Source: a virus. From it: a DNA stretch of 39,320 nt. A model generated the notes under the pieces. That model did not search any database. It was not told where the DNA came from and saw nothing but the letters and a program-made list of their open reading frames with translations. The position numbers and the translations under genes are program-made. Positions 8,954-17,467 of this stretch are shown here, one piece after another; within the stretch, counting starts at the first letter, position 1, and every line of letters starts with the position of its first letter. The DNA lies in IMG/VR virus record IMGVR_UViG_3300045988_148041, positions 1-39,320 of that record. One strand, given 5' to 3'.

Positions 8954-9604
8954 TCAAAGATTTAGCTTTTTAGCCGTTGCCTCGTTAACCTTAATGCCTC
9001 GCACTTTGTATTTCTTTTCAAATGTCTTATGCCCGATTTGATGGCACTCGGTGTGGTGTGTTCGACATAAGCAAATTAAATCTGATTTAGTATGATCATG
9101 ATGATTTCTGTCTCCGCCCATCCCAATCAAATTTGTATGATGGTGTATATCCCCTTTTTCGCCACATATAGCGCATTTTCGATGTAGTAGGCATAAATAG
9201 AGGTAGTTGTTAATTTCTCTCGCCATATCGACTGTATTTGCGTCTAAGGGGATGTCCCATTCAAAACAAAATTTCAAGATGTATTCAATAAAGTATCTTG
9301 CTGTCGTCATATCTACATTCGACAAACTGAAATACTCCCTATCTTCATCAATCATGAAACCAACTTTAAGGATATTTTCTTTCAAGTCCTCTACGTCGTG
9401 ACCAGTATACGAACTAATATCTCGACAAAGAGCATATATCTTTTTTCGTTGATCACTTGATATTCTTCTTCCGTCATCGACTCTGATTTCACCGTGCATC
9501 ACCTCGGCTATATAATTTTCATTGATGCAATCGCCTGGAATGTGGCACTTAAGCCACGCTCCACGCTCATCTAGTTGGTAATCCCAAAAAACTGCTTTAA
9601 GCAT
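8954..9604 (-). CDS. HNH nuclease-domain protein
   Basis: CAICGEKGDIHHHTNLIGMGGDRNHHDHTKSDLICLCRTHHTECH (HNH motif). Confidence 0.5.
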   Translation of the reverse strand: MLKAVFWDYQLDERGAWLKCHIPGDCINENYIAEVMHGEIRVDDGRRISSDQRKKIYALCRDISSYTGHDVEDLKENILKVGFMIDEDREYFSLSNVDMTTARYFIEYILKFCFEWDIPLDANTVDMAREINNYLYLCLLHRKCAICGEKGDIHHHTNLIGMGGDRNHHDHTKSDLICLCRTHHTECHQIGHKTFEKKYKVRGIKVNEATAKKLNL

Positions 9605-10181
9605 TTCTATCAGGCTTTTTACTCAACATCTCGATTAATCCATCTGCTTGTTGCTCATTTAATTGTGATAAATCATTCACTTTATAAGTCGATTTGATAA
9701 ATAGCATGACTGCATTGGCATCCACGTCTTTTTTAGCGATCAAAGCCTCGACTTTGTTTAATTTCACATTAATTTTAGTTTTAGATGGCTTTGGTTCTTC
9801 CTTACCGGTTGTAGCTTCCAAACCATCTGACTCCACAATTTCAAAAGCATTCACCCACAAATAACGTCTTAGATAGGTTTGAACTGCTCCTAAGTTTTGT
9901 ACTGCGTGGCACCCCTTTAAAGTAGCTTCCGACATTGGAGACGTAAACACCATTTCTTCATCGGGATTTTCTGAATTAGTAATAGTAAGCGTGGCTTCGT
10001 CTTTACCAAAGTTGATGCGGCTACATAAGTTGTATTTGTCTAACAAAGCATTGATCGTTGGTAAGAAATCACCTAACTCAAAATAGTGATACCCTGCGAA
10101 TTTATTGTGACCTGATTTCTTCAATGGTTTCTCTTGGAACTCACAACGTGCTTTTTGCATTTTGCTGTAAATATTACTCAT
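9597..10181 (-). CDS. erf: ERF-family single-strand annealing protein
   Basis: KKSGHNKFAGYHYFELGDFLPTINALL and AVQTYLRRYLWVNAF match the ERF N-terminal core. Confidence 0.7.
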   Translation of the reverse strand: MSNIYSKMQKARCEFQEKPLKKSGHNKFAGYHYFELGDFLPTINALLDKYNLCSRINFGKDEATLTITNSENPDEEMVFTSPMSEATLKGCHAVQNLGAVQTYLRRYLWVNAFEIVESDGLEATTGKEEPKPSKTKINVKLNKVEALIAKKDVDANAVMLFIKSTYKVNDLSQLNEQQADGLIEMLSKKPDRNA

Positions 10182-10396
10182 TACTCTACCTCCAGGCTTA
10201 ACATCACTTTTTTATTATTTCTCTCAAAACAGCGAACTAACGTCACATCTAAATGTGTTACACGCTTATCACCGTGCAACTCTACTGCCTTATCATTAGC
10301 CATCACCACGATCTTGTTATCGATAACTAAAACAATTTTGTCGTCATACGCCTTATTAAGCTCAATCATTTGTGCCAGTGTTGGATATTTTGTCAT
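10181..10396 (-). CDS. hypothetical protein
   Basis: 71 aa. Strong RBS AAGGGGGAAATGAT upstream of the ATG. Confidence 0.4.
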   Translation of the reverse strand: MTKYPTLAQMIELNKAYDDKIVLVIDNKIVVMANDKAVELHGDKRVTHLDVTLVRCFERNNKKVMLSLEVE

Positions 10397-10485
10397 ATCA
10401 TTTCCCCCTTAAAATCAGCTTTCTATCTTCCTAAAATTTATTTTTTGATGTATAATAGGCTTATCCAAAATATTAATTTCCGCCG

Positions 10486-10520
10486 AATCACATTGTGTCC
10501 GAAGCAATGTGATTTTTTTT
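10486..10520 (+). terminator. plus-strand rho-independent terminator (orphan, may end a short antisense RNA)
   Basis: Perfect 10-bp stem AATCACATTG/CAATGTGATT, 9-nt loop, then T8 on the plus strand only. A TATAAT at 10451-10456 lies about 40 nt upstream. Confidence 0.5.
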
Positions 10521-10522
10521 AT

Positions 10523-11329
10523 TTACAAAATAACTTCATCTTTAAATCGATAATTCTTGCTACTGTCTTTTCCAACCTGGATGCAGTAACTTTTTGCTTT
10601 TTCTTTCATCCGCCCAGCAATCGCTTCATCAATATCTCGCAAATCATTTAGTAGCAATTCTGATGAGATAATTGTCACCGAGTTAGTGTTATAACGCTCG
10701 TTGATTAATTGAAATGCGATATTTACATCACTGTCCGTCACTTTACCTTTGAACAAATCGTCAATGTATAAGATTTCCGCTTTCGCATACTCATTAAAGA
10801 ATTCATCACGATCAAGGTCATATTTCATTCGTTTTAATCTATCCACGAACTCATTCCAAATCATGTATTTAACTTGACGATACTCCTTTAATCTTTGGTT
10901 ACAAATCGAAGCGCATACCATCGACTTACCAATACCGCTTTGTCCTAAAGCCATAAACCACTCTGTATCGGCTTTTAAGATGTAGTCCTTAACTTTATCC
11001 CTCATAGCAACTTGAAACGGCTCTACGGCCTTAAAATCGCGTAATTTGTAGGATAACAACTCACCCATTCCGCTTAATTCTGCATTTTTCATTGCTTTTC
11101 GTACTTTCATACACTCGCAATGGACGATATATGATGAATCTGTTTCTTTATGGTAGTGAGTAATAAACCCTCGATTTAAGCATTTATCGCATTCAAAGCC
11201 TTTTAGGCTTCCAGTTCGTTCATTGTCTAGCTCGACTAATAACTCTGTTGTCGATTTGTCTTTAGAATATGAGTAATCCAAATTCATCTCGCTTGTTGCC
11301 TTCTTCATCAACTCTGAAAGACTTTGCAT
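10523..11329 (-). CDS. DnaC/IstB-like AAA+ helicase loader with an N-terminal zinc finger
   Basis: Walker A GQSGIGKS, Walker B LYIDDL. N-terminal CDKC...HCEC. Confidence 0.65.
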   Translation of the reverse strand: MQSLSELMKKATSEMNLDYSYSKDKSTTELLVELDNERTGSLKGFECDKCLNRGFITHYHKETDSSYIVHCECMKVRKAMKNAELSGMGELLSYKLRDFKAVEPFQVAMRDKVKDYILKADTEWFMALGQSGIGKSMVCASICNQRLKEYRQVKYMIWNEFVDRLKRMKYDLDRDEFFNEYAKAEILYIDDLFKGKVTDSDVNIAFQLINERYNTNSVTIISSELLLNDLRDIDEAIAGRMKEKAKSYCIQVGKDSSKNYRFKDEVIL

Positions 11330-12059
11330 TTTGTTTCTCCCCCTTAACAGTCTTGTTATCTAACGGAAATATCCCTTTCCATCCGTAAATAATTGATTTT
11401 TCTAAAATTTGAATTTTTTCTAAATCGTTCGTTGCTATTTTGTCTAACTTGTTTACAATCAACTGAATAGCTTTTAACGTTGGATAAGGTTTTAGCGTCT
11501 TTCTCATTTCCAAAAAGTCATTGAGTGTGTTTAATAAATTTTCGTTAGTTGTATAAGAAGTAAATATGTTTTGGAAATCAACGTCAGTTGGTTTCTTTTT
11601 TATATTTTTTTCTTTTTTATTATTAAATTTATTATTAAATACTTTATTATTATCCTCCGTGATTTCGTGGATAGGGGTATCCATTATTTCGTGGATAGGT
11701 CTCCCGTTTTTGATGGATAGGTCTCCATTATTTTTTCCATACCCACCAGGCAAATATCGAGTCCCAAACGCACTCAGATAAATCCGTCTTTGCTGAATTT
11801 CTTTGCTATTTTCTTTGTAAATTAATTCAGTTTTGATGTAGTCTTTTTTCTCTAATGTCGAAACCCATTTGGAGATTGTCTTTTTATCGACACCGTATAA
11901 ATTAGAGAAATAACTATTCGAAGCCCAACAATAACCTCGTTCATTTGTCATGGCTGTTATTTCAGCAAATAGTAATTTAGCGTTAGGCGTTAACTCTTTG
12001 TCATATCTAACGTTGGCTGGAATAATTGCGAAAAAATTTTTTTGCTCTGCATCCATCAC
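11262..12059 (-). CDS. phage replisome organizer / DnaD-like replication initiation protein
   Basis: N-terminus NFFAIIPANVRYDKELTPNAKLLFAEITAM is the characteristic motif. A linker region contains internal iterons (see the repeat feature at 11661-11730). Confidence 0.75.
   Translation of the reverse strand: MMDAEQKNFFAIIPANVRYDKELTPNAKLLFAEITAMTNERGYCWASNSYFSNLYGVDKKTISKWVSTLEKKDYIKTELIYKENSKEIQQRRIYLSAFGTRYLPGGYGKNNGDLSIKNGRPIHEIMDTPIHEITEDNNKVFNNKFNNKKEKNIKKKPTDVDFQNIFTSYTTNENLLNTLNDFLEMRKTLKPYPTLKAIQLIVNKLDKIATNDLEKIQILEKSIIYGWKGIFPLDNKTVKGEKQNAKSFRVDEEGNKRDEFGLLIF
11661..11730. repeat. probable phage origin: three ~22-25-bp iterons inside the replisome-organizer gene
   Basis: Direct repeats gatttcgtggataggggtatccatta / tttcgtggataggtctcccgttttt / gatggataggtctccatta with core GTGGATAGG. 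They encode the PIHEIMDTPIHEIT repeat in the protein. Confidence 0.6.
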
Positions 12060-12346
12060 ATCAACCCTCGTTCTTTAATGCCGATATAACAAACGTCATC
12101 GATCGTCACGGCTTTGATTAAGCCTTGCGCATCTAATCCCAAATAGCCTTTATCAAACTTCCACTGTGTGAAGAATGGAACCTCTGCTTTCAATTCAGAT
12201 AACCTCATTTTTACAAGTGCGAAGCCATCTAACATCACAATGTCTTTATACTGGCTCTTCATGACTTTATTTTGAATTTCAGAAAAAATAATGGCCGACT
12301 CTATCCCTAAATCAACTGCCAAGTTCTTGTTAAATGTCACCAACAT
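12056..12346 (-). CDS. hypothetical protein
   Basis: 96-aa ORF. Confidence 0.4.
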   Translation of the reverse strand: MLVTFNKNLAVDLGIESAIIFSEIQNKVMKSQYKDIVMLDGFALVKMRLSELKAEVPFFTQWKFDKGYLGLDAQGLIKAVTIDDVCYIGIKERGLM

Positions 12347-12672
12347 TAATAAACACCTCTACTGTTAAAATACTCTTGCATTAAATCGTTACGTTCTTGC
12401 TCCCACTCGCGCTCTTGAATACGGTGTTCAATCTCGATACGTTTTGAGTTTAACTCACAAATTAACTTTCCATTTTCAACGTCCATGCAAGTCACATAGT
12501 CGCTGACACCCATTGAGTCCAACACTTCAATAACAAAGTCAGCCACTAAAGTTTCTAAATCGAATTTGACAACTTTTAATTCTCCTGCGCAGCAATCAAT
12601 TTCTTCTTCAATCGTTTCGTTCACAATTTGAACCATCTTTTTAGCTTCTAATGCAATTCCGTCTTTGATCAT
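12346..12672 (-). CDS. hypothetical acidic protein
   Basis: 108-aa ORF. Confidence 0.4.
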   Translation of the reverse strand: MIKDGIALEAKKMVQIVNETIEEEIDCCAGELKVVKFDLETLVADFVIEVLDSMGVSDYVTCMDVENGKLICELNSKRIEIEHRIQEREWEQERNDLMQEYFNSRGVY

Positions 12673-12839
12673 TACTCTTCAACTCCATCCATGATATAGT
12701 CCCATGCGAACACTAAAGTTTTTCCCCAACCGTTCTTCGCAATGTATTTAGCCGCTCGATACGTCCAGCAACTCAATGGTGCTAACGTCGCCACCCACAA
12801 AAAAGCTAATACTAGATAACTGACCACTTTAATTTCCAT
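12672..12839 (-). CDS. small membrane protein (55 aa, one TM helix)
   Basis: Not in the ORF track. RBS GGGGAGG then ATG. Hydrophobic core VVSYLVLAFLWVATLAPL. Stop overlaps the next gene's ATG (TAATG). Confidence 0.35.
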   Translation of the reverse strand: MEIKVVSYLVLAFLWVATLAPLSCWTYRAAKYIAKNGWGKTLVFAWDYIMDGVEE

Positions 12840-12853
12840 ATTCATCCTCCCCT

Positions 12854-13066
12854 TTAGTTAGTTAGAACATTGATTTTATTTAAAACAAAATCGAATTTTT
12901 CATGAGTGAACATCATGACCTTAAATCCTAGCATGATTGCTCCAATCCACTCATTATTACGTTGCTCTATGGTTGCTACTTGCTCTCCATCTTTGAATAC
13001 CTTAAATCCTGTTACACACTCATTCGTCAATTCGTAAGCTGTTAAAGTTAGATTAACGTTATACAT
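12854..13066 (-). CDS. hypothetical protein
   Basis: 70-aa ORF. Confidence 0.4.
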   Translation of the reverse strand: MYNVNLTLTAYELTNECVTGFKVFKDGEQVATIEQRNNEWIGAIMLGFKVMMFTHEKFDFVLNKINVLTN

Positions 13067-13225
13067 CTTGATTTCCCCTTTATTTATTTTCGTGTGCTAA
13101 TACAAAGCCAAGAATCAATCCTTCGACTTTATCTTTAAGATGTTCCGGAATCATTTCAAATAACTCTTCCAAGAATTTGGTTTTTTCTTCTGTATTCAAG
13201 GTTATCCCCCTTTATTCCGCTTTTT

Positions 13226-13330
13226 TTGTTACTCACTAACGGAACAATTCAGATTTTACACCATTTTTTGTTACTAGGCAACATTTTTTATGAATTTTTA
13301 TGAATATTTTGTTGCTAGGTAACATATAAT
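13226..13330. promoter_or_regulatory. lysis/lysogeny switch: three operator-like sites and divergent promoters
   Basis: TTGTTACTCACTAACGG (13226-13242), TTGTTACTAGGCAACAT (13268-13284) and TTGTTGCTAGGTAACAT (13309-13325). The last two are near-palindromic and roughly reverse-complement each other. TATAAT at 13325-13330 lies upstream of the repressor-like gene. Confidence 0.55.
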
Positions 13331-13363
13331 GATGTAATATACTGTTTAGAAAAGGGTGATCAA

Positions 13364-13720
13364 ATGATAAATAGAATCAAAAATTTGCGTAAAGAAAAAG
13401 GTTTATCACAACAAGAGTTTGGTTCTCGAATTGGCGTGTCCCGAAGTCACATAGCTGCATTTGAAAATGGGAACTCTGATATCAGTTCACGCGTGATCCG
13501 TGATATTGCTAATGTATACGAGGTCAACGAAGAATGGTTATTGACAGGTGAAGGGGAGAAATACAAGCCACGCACAGACGATGATGAGTTAGCAATCCTT
13601 ATCGGTAGTTTAATGGCTGAGGATGACGAATTTAAAAAAAGAGTCATCAAAGCAATGTTAAAGCTAGATGACTCAGAATGGCGTTTTGTAAAAAACATCG
13701 TTCAAAAAATTTGTGAATAA
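13364..13720 (+). CDS. XRE-family HTH repressor (CI-like)
   Basis: KEKGLSQQEFGSRIGVSRSHIAAFENGNSDIS is an HTH_3 motif. One of very few plus-strand genes. Divergent from the early operon. Confidence 0.7.
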   Translation: MINRIKNLRKEKGLSQQEFGSRIGVSRSHIAAFENGNSDISSRVIRDIANVYEVNEEWLLTGEGEKYKPRTDDDELAILIGSLMAEDDEFKKRVIKAMLKLDDSEWRFVKNIVQKICE

Positions 13721-13724
13721 ATAA

Positions 13725-13760
13725 AAAAAGCAGAGTAATTAAATACTCCGCTTTTTTTTG
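13725..13760. terminator. bidirectional intrinsic terminator
   Basis: AAAAAGCAGAGTA-ATTAAA-TACTCCGCTTTTTTTT. A-run on one side and T-run on the other, with one mismatch in the stem. Confidence 0.55.
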
Positions 13761-14075
13761 TTCATAACGTAACTCAAAATCATATTAGTGATAAAGTCGA
13801 TAAATTTATCATCGTTAACTTCGTCATTAATAAGTTCAAGTAGTTTCTCTTTCTTATTACTCATAACCCCAAATCATCCTTGCCCTTTTTTTATAATGTT
13901 ATTTTACAAACAATCGTTCGATACGTCTACCCATTTTGACAAAAAATAACATCATTCAACAAGTATTATAATCCTTTTTTTGATAATTTACAACGTATGA
14001 TAGTATATGCTTTTAAAAGTGGTAAATATGTATTATTATTACAATTTGTGCTAGTAATAACACTAGGAGGTAATA

Positions 14076-14398
14076 TGAATCAAATCAGTTATAAAATCAA
14101 AGCGTTGCGTGAGTTGAATAGTTTAAAACAATCAGACTTAGCAAGAGCTTTAAATGTTTCTCAACAGTTGGTATCGAATTGGGAAAGAGGCGTCCGACTT
14201 CCTGATTTGAATACTGTCAATCAAATGACTAAATATTTTAATGTGTCCTTTGATGATTTGTTGAGTAACAAACCAATCAAACCTGCTGTTATGAATGATT
14301 ACATTATTCAACACGAATTACTTCCTAAATTATCCGAAGAGGATAAAGATTTAATTTATCACATGATTACATTCATAGCGACACGGAAGAAGAGTTAA
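14076..14398 (+). CDS. second XRE-family HTH regulator
   Basis: RBS AGGAGG then ATG at 14076. LKQSDLARALNVSQQLVSNWERG is an HTH motif. The ORF-track start at 13997 is probably too far upstream. Confidence 0.6.
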
Positions 14399-14417
14399 TC
14401 TCTTCTTCTTTTTTTTG
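14385..14417 (+). terminator. intrinsic terminator
   Basis: Stem GGAAGAAGAG / CTCTTCTTC, loop TTAAT, then T9. Confidence 0.7.
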
Positions 14418-14435
14418 TGCATTAAAAAACGAGTT

Positions 14436-14747
14436 TTAAAGGACTGTTATCTCTGTTATTTGTTCTAAGCCATCTTTGATATGCATTGTTTTTAAATCTA
14501 TGAGCTTTTTATTTAATAATTCAGACATTATTTTATCGATTTCTGTTTTTGGCTCGCTAAAACATTCGTATAAATGTTTATTCGTGATGATATCGTCATC
14601 CGCAAAAGTAAGCAGCGTTAAATACACCGCAATTTCCTCACATTTGAGACCTTGATTAAAAAACGTCCCATCCTTAACTAAAATATTGTTTTCAGTTGTC
14701 ATATGTTTTGATTTATTTATCACTTTAATTTTTGTGTTTTTAAACAT
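14436..14747 (-). CDS. hypothetical protein downstream of the iteron array
   Basis: 103-aa ORF. No recognisable motif. Confidence 0.4.
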   Translation of the reverse strand: MFKNTKIKVINKSKHMTTENNILVKDGTFFNQGLKCEEIAVYLTLLTFADDDIITNKHLYECFSEPKTEIDKIMSELLNKKLIDLKTMHIKDGLEQITEITVL

Positions 14748-14838
14748 TTCCAGTTCTCCTTTTTTTCGCGCGCGTGTAGTTAATAATATAAATAAATATA
14801 TTTAACAGCTTATTTATTTAACTACAATATATATTTTT

Positions 14839-14968
14839 GGGTAAACTTTTTAGTTTATAGGGGGTAAACTTTTTAGTTCAGTGGGTTAAACTCAAAAGTT
14901 TAGTGGGTATATACGGGGTTAAACTTTTTAGTTCAGTGGGGGGAGGGTTAAACTTTTTAGTTTAGTGG
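14839..14968. repeat. iteron array: five direct repeats of about 22 bp (plasmid-type origin or iterated protein-binding site)
   Basis: GGGTAAACTTTTTAGTTTATAG (14839), GGGGTAAACTTTTTAGTTCAGTGG (14861), GTTAAACTCAAAAGTTTAGTGGG (14885), GGGGTTAAACTTTTTAGTTCAGTGG (14915), GGGTTAAACTTTTTAGTTTAGTGG (14945). Spacing is 22, 24, 30 and 30 bp. Intergenic, flanked by AT-rich DNA. Confidence 0.7.
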
Positions 14969-14982
14969 GCTTCTCCACAAAA

Positions 14983-15342
14983 TTACTCGAAGTGTTTGCG
15001 GTCAAGCATATCGTACAATAGTGTTTTATAAGCAATCCCTGTTCTGTAGTATGTGAATGTCCCTTTACTATTTTTTTCAAGATGAAATTCTAACACTTTG
15101 CAGTCGCATAATTTTTTAAACCTTCTTCTCAAAGCTATTTTGTTATTTATTTTTAAAATAGGTAAGTCGTCTATGACTTTTTCGTAATTGACCCAATAAT
15201 AGACAGTGTCATTAAAAATTGCTTCTTGCATGCGATCTGTATTTCTAAAGTCAACGAACCAACGTAACAAAATAAGGTCATTCATATCCAACCCATAGGC
15301 TACAGCTATTTTTTGGTGATAATCTAAAATTGATAATTTCAT
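14983..15342 (-). CDS. small putative DNA-binding protein adjacent to the iterons (candidate iteron-binding initiator or regulator)
   Basis: Probable start MKLSILDYHQKIAVAYGLDMNDLILLRWFV after the RBS AGGAGGA. Basic C-terminal half. Function inferred from position only. Confidence 0.35.
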   Translation of the reverse strand: MKLSILDYHQKIAVAYGLDMNDLILLRWFVDFRNTDRMQEAIFNDTVYYWVNYEKVIDDLPILKINNKIALRRRFKKLCDCKVLEFHLEKNSKGTFTYYRTGIAYKTLLYDMLDRKHFE

Positions 15343-15380
15343 ATAAAAAAGTCCTCCTGGTGCTATAAATTTAGTAGCAA

Positions 15381-15563
15381 ACAAAAGGACTCCCACAAAA
15401 GTTTAACCAAAAATAGAATAAAAGGGTTGAAAATTGGTTAAAATGATATTATAATTACAAACGAACTTAATAAAAAGGTCATTAATTACGTTTGTAATTA
15501 ATTTATATTTTCTTTCGCTATTAGACTTCCACTCGGCTGCCAAACTTTGTGGGAGTCTTTTCA
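15381..15563. promoter_or_regulatory. regulatory region with nested inverted repeats
   Basis: AAAGGACTCCCACAAAAGTTT (15383-15403) is the near-reverse complement of AAACTTTGTGGGAGTCTTT (15543-15561). An inner 9-bp inverted repeat TTACAAACG...CGTTTGTAA (15448-15492) sits between them. Confidence 0.4.
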
Positions 15564-15611
15564 TTTACTAAAAAGAATGTTATCAAATATTGTCACAAAT
15601 TACAATAAAAA

Positions 15612-15646
15612 AAATAAGGGTTATCCACAACGGATACCCTTTTTAT
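15612..15646. terminator. bidirectional intrinsic terminator after the FtsK/Replic_Relax operon
   Basis: GGGTTATCC-ACAAC-GGATACCC followed by TTTTTATT. An A-run on the opposite side. Confidence 0.6.
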
Positions 15647-15675
15647 TATGTCCTTTTATTTACCACGTATACTGT

Positions 15676-16278
15676 TTATCTAATAAATGTATACTTCAAG
15701 TTAGAGAAGTTGCTCCAATCAGGTTTTATCCATATGCACCCGATATCAGGTTTTTTCTCGCACACCGATACCAAACACATCGGATGTTGCATTTTATATC
15801 GTCCTGCTTTCAAATCGTTATATAGACGATTATATGCATCTGTGTTAGTGAATGGCTTTGTTAAATCTATCTCAACGAGTGCGCAATAGGTTTCATCACC
15901 GTACTTAAAAGTTACCAACATATCGGGTCTGATATGGTATCTTTCCTCCAACTTCTTATACTCTACCTCGGTTTCATCTAGTATGATTTCGAAACCATCG
16001 ACTTTCATCCTGCTTAAAAAATCAGTCATCATCAATCTATGTTTAGTTTTGGTTGGATTTTTGCCGATGTAGTAAATATAAGATTGCCCCACGTACTCGC
16101 GCACTCTATGGACTTGTTTTTGGTGCTTGATGATCTCTTGCGTTCTCTTGTGCGCAACATTTAATGATGATTTCTCATTACGTGTCCAGTAAATCAATCG
16201 TGAAGCTATTTGTGCATTTAAGATAAAGTTTTTTTCCAAATATCTGATTAACTCTAAATCTCTAGTTGTTAACCCCAT
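15676..16278 (-). CDS. Replic_Relax (replication-relaxation) family protein
   Basis: N-terminal winged helix LTTRDLELIRYLEKNFILNAQIASRLIYW...SLNVAHKRTQEII. C-terminal nuclease-like RPDMLVTF..CALVEIDLTK. Overlaps the upstream FtsK-like gene by 17 nt. Confidence 0.6.
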   Translation of the reverse strand: MGLTTRDLELIRYLEKNFILNAQIASRLIYWTRNEKSSLNVAHKRTQEIIKHQKQVHRVREYVGQSYIYYIGKNPTKTKHRLMMTDFLSRMKVDGFEIILDETEVEYKKLEERYHIRPDMLVTFKYGDETYCALVEIDLTKPFTNTDAYNRLYNDLKAGRYKMQHPMCLVSVCEKKPDIGCIWIKPDWSNFSNLKYTFIR

Positions 16279-17467
16279 AAATTAACACTTCCCCTTTTAA
16301 ATTGCTCATTTTCGGCTCATTTTTAGGCTTTTCGACTTCGGTAGTAGTTTTAACAACAGATGGTTTTTTCGAGGTTCTAACGGTCTTTAAATGGTCTTTA
16401 ATGATGTTTTCAACGTCATCGTCAGATGTTATTAGCGTTTGCCCTTCTTGAATTTGCCCACCTAGACTAAATAATGCCCGTCCTTTAGCTGCTAATTTTT
16501 CTGCTCCCGGTTGGTCTAGTATCACGCTAGAGTTAACAGAATCGACTGTGTGAAAACAAATTCTATTATCGATGTTAGCTTTAATTCGTGAGTCGATGAT
16601 TTTAGAGTCAAAGCGTTGGCTTGTGAAGATATAGAACACTCCAACAGCGCGACTAATGGCTAGCGACTTAATAAGTGTCGTTTTCAAATCTTTGCTTTGA
16701 TCAATCAAAATTGTGAACTCTTCTATGATGACGAATTTCGGTTTTATTTTTTTATCATTATTTTTATTATGATCCAACCAATTTTTGGAGTCTGAGTCGT
16801 TGATTATATTCAATCTATCCTCTATCTCAGTGTAAATTCTATTAATCTCCGTCTCTGCCTTATCAGGTGCAATAGTGAATGAATTGGTTTGTCTAATTCT
16901 TTTGAATGAATTTAATTCAACCCCACCTTTGAAATCGAATAATTCAAATTCACTTTCAGGATAGTTGATTAATATTTGTAAAATTAAACTGGTCAGAAAT
17001 ACCGATTTCCCCCATCCTGTCGCTCCCGCAATTAGAGTGTGGGGCATCGAAACGAAATCAAGTGTAATCCCTTTAAAATCGCCATTCTCTACGCCTATTG
17101 CGGCTGCTACTTGCATCCCAGGTCTATCATTTGTAATGACTTTATCAAAAGGTATGCTCGAAGGTAGTTTTTTTGTTTCTTCTTTTAATTTTATAAAGTA
17201 ATTAAAATTATTATTGATGATCTCAACTTCACTTTTAACGATATTTTCAATTTTCCCTTTTAAATCTTGTAGGTCTTTGAAACTCTTACCGTTGTTTAAT
17301 CCTATTCCGTATGTTTTCGTTTTTCTGTCGTGAAATTTGATGTAACCTATCCCCTCTAGTAGTTGACTCAACGGTGATGACATATCTTTAATCCCTCCAC
17401 CTAATTCCGATAATTTTAAAGCTCCTAACATAACCGTACCAATCGCCCAAGGCATCCACCATACCAT
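16262..17467 (-). CDS. FtsK/SpoIIIE-family membrane-anchored DNA translocase-like ATPase (TcpA/TraB-like)
   Basis: N-terminal TM helix WWMPWAIGTVMLGALKL. Walker A GATGWGKSVFLTSLI. Walker B KFVIIEEF. RBS GGAGG 7 nt before the ATG. Confidence 0.75.
   Translation of the reverse strand: MVWWMPWAIGTVMLGALKLSELGGGIKDMSSPLSQLLEGIGYIKFHDRKTKTYGIGLNNGKSFKDLQDLKGKIENIVKSEVEIINNNFNYFIKLKEETKKLPSSIPFDKVITNDRPGMQVAAAIGVENGDFKGITLDFVSMPHTLIAGATGWGKSVFLTSLILQILINYPESEFELFDFKGGVELNSFKRIRQTNSFTIAPDKAETEINRIYTEIEDRLNIINDSDSKNWLDHNKNNDKKIKPKFVIIEEFTILIDQSKDLKTTLIKSLAISRAVGVFYIFTSQRFDSKIIDSRIKANIDNRICFHTVDSVNSSVILDQPGAEKLAAKGRALFSLGGQIQEGQTLITSDDDVENIIKDHLKTVRTSKKPSVVKTTTEVEKPKNEPKMSNLKGEVLIYGVNN

Noticed and set aside
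13080-13199. Possible 39-aa minus-strand ORF with a TTG start adjacent to the switch region (Cro-position gene?)
   Set aside because: No HTH, very short, and a non-ATG start. Not convincing as a Cro analogue.
13739-13864. Possible 41-aa minus-strand ORF (MSNKKEKLLELINDEV...) downstream of the repressor-like gene
   Set aside because: Weak RBS. It overlaps the bidirectional terminator. Too short to be supported by sequence alone.
14839-14968. Possible CRISPR array
   Set aside because: The repeats are about 22 bp with spacers of 0-8 bp only and no unique spacer sequences, and there are no cas genes. Direct iterons fit better.
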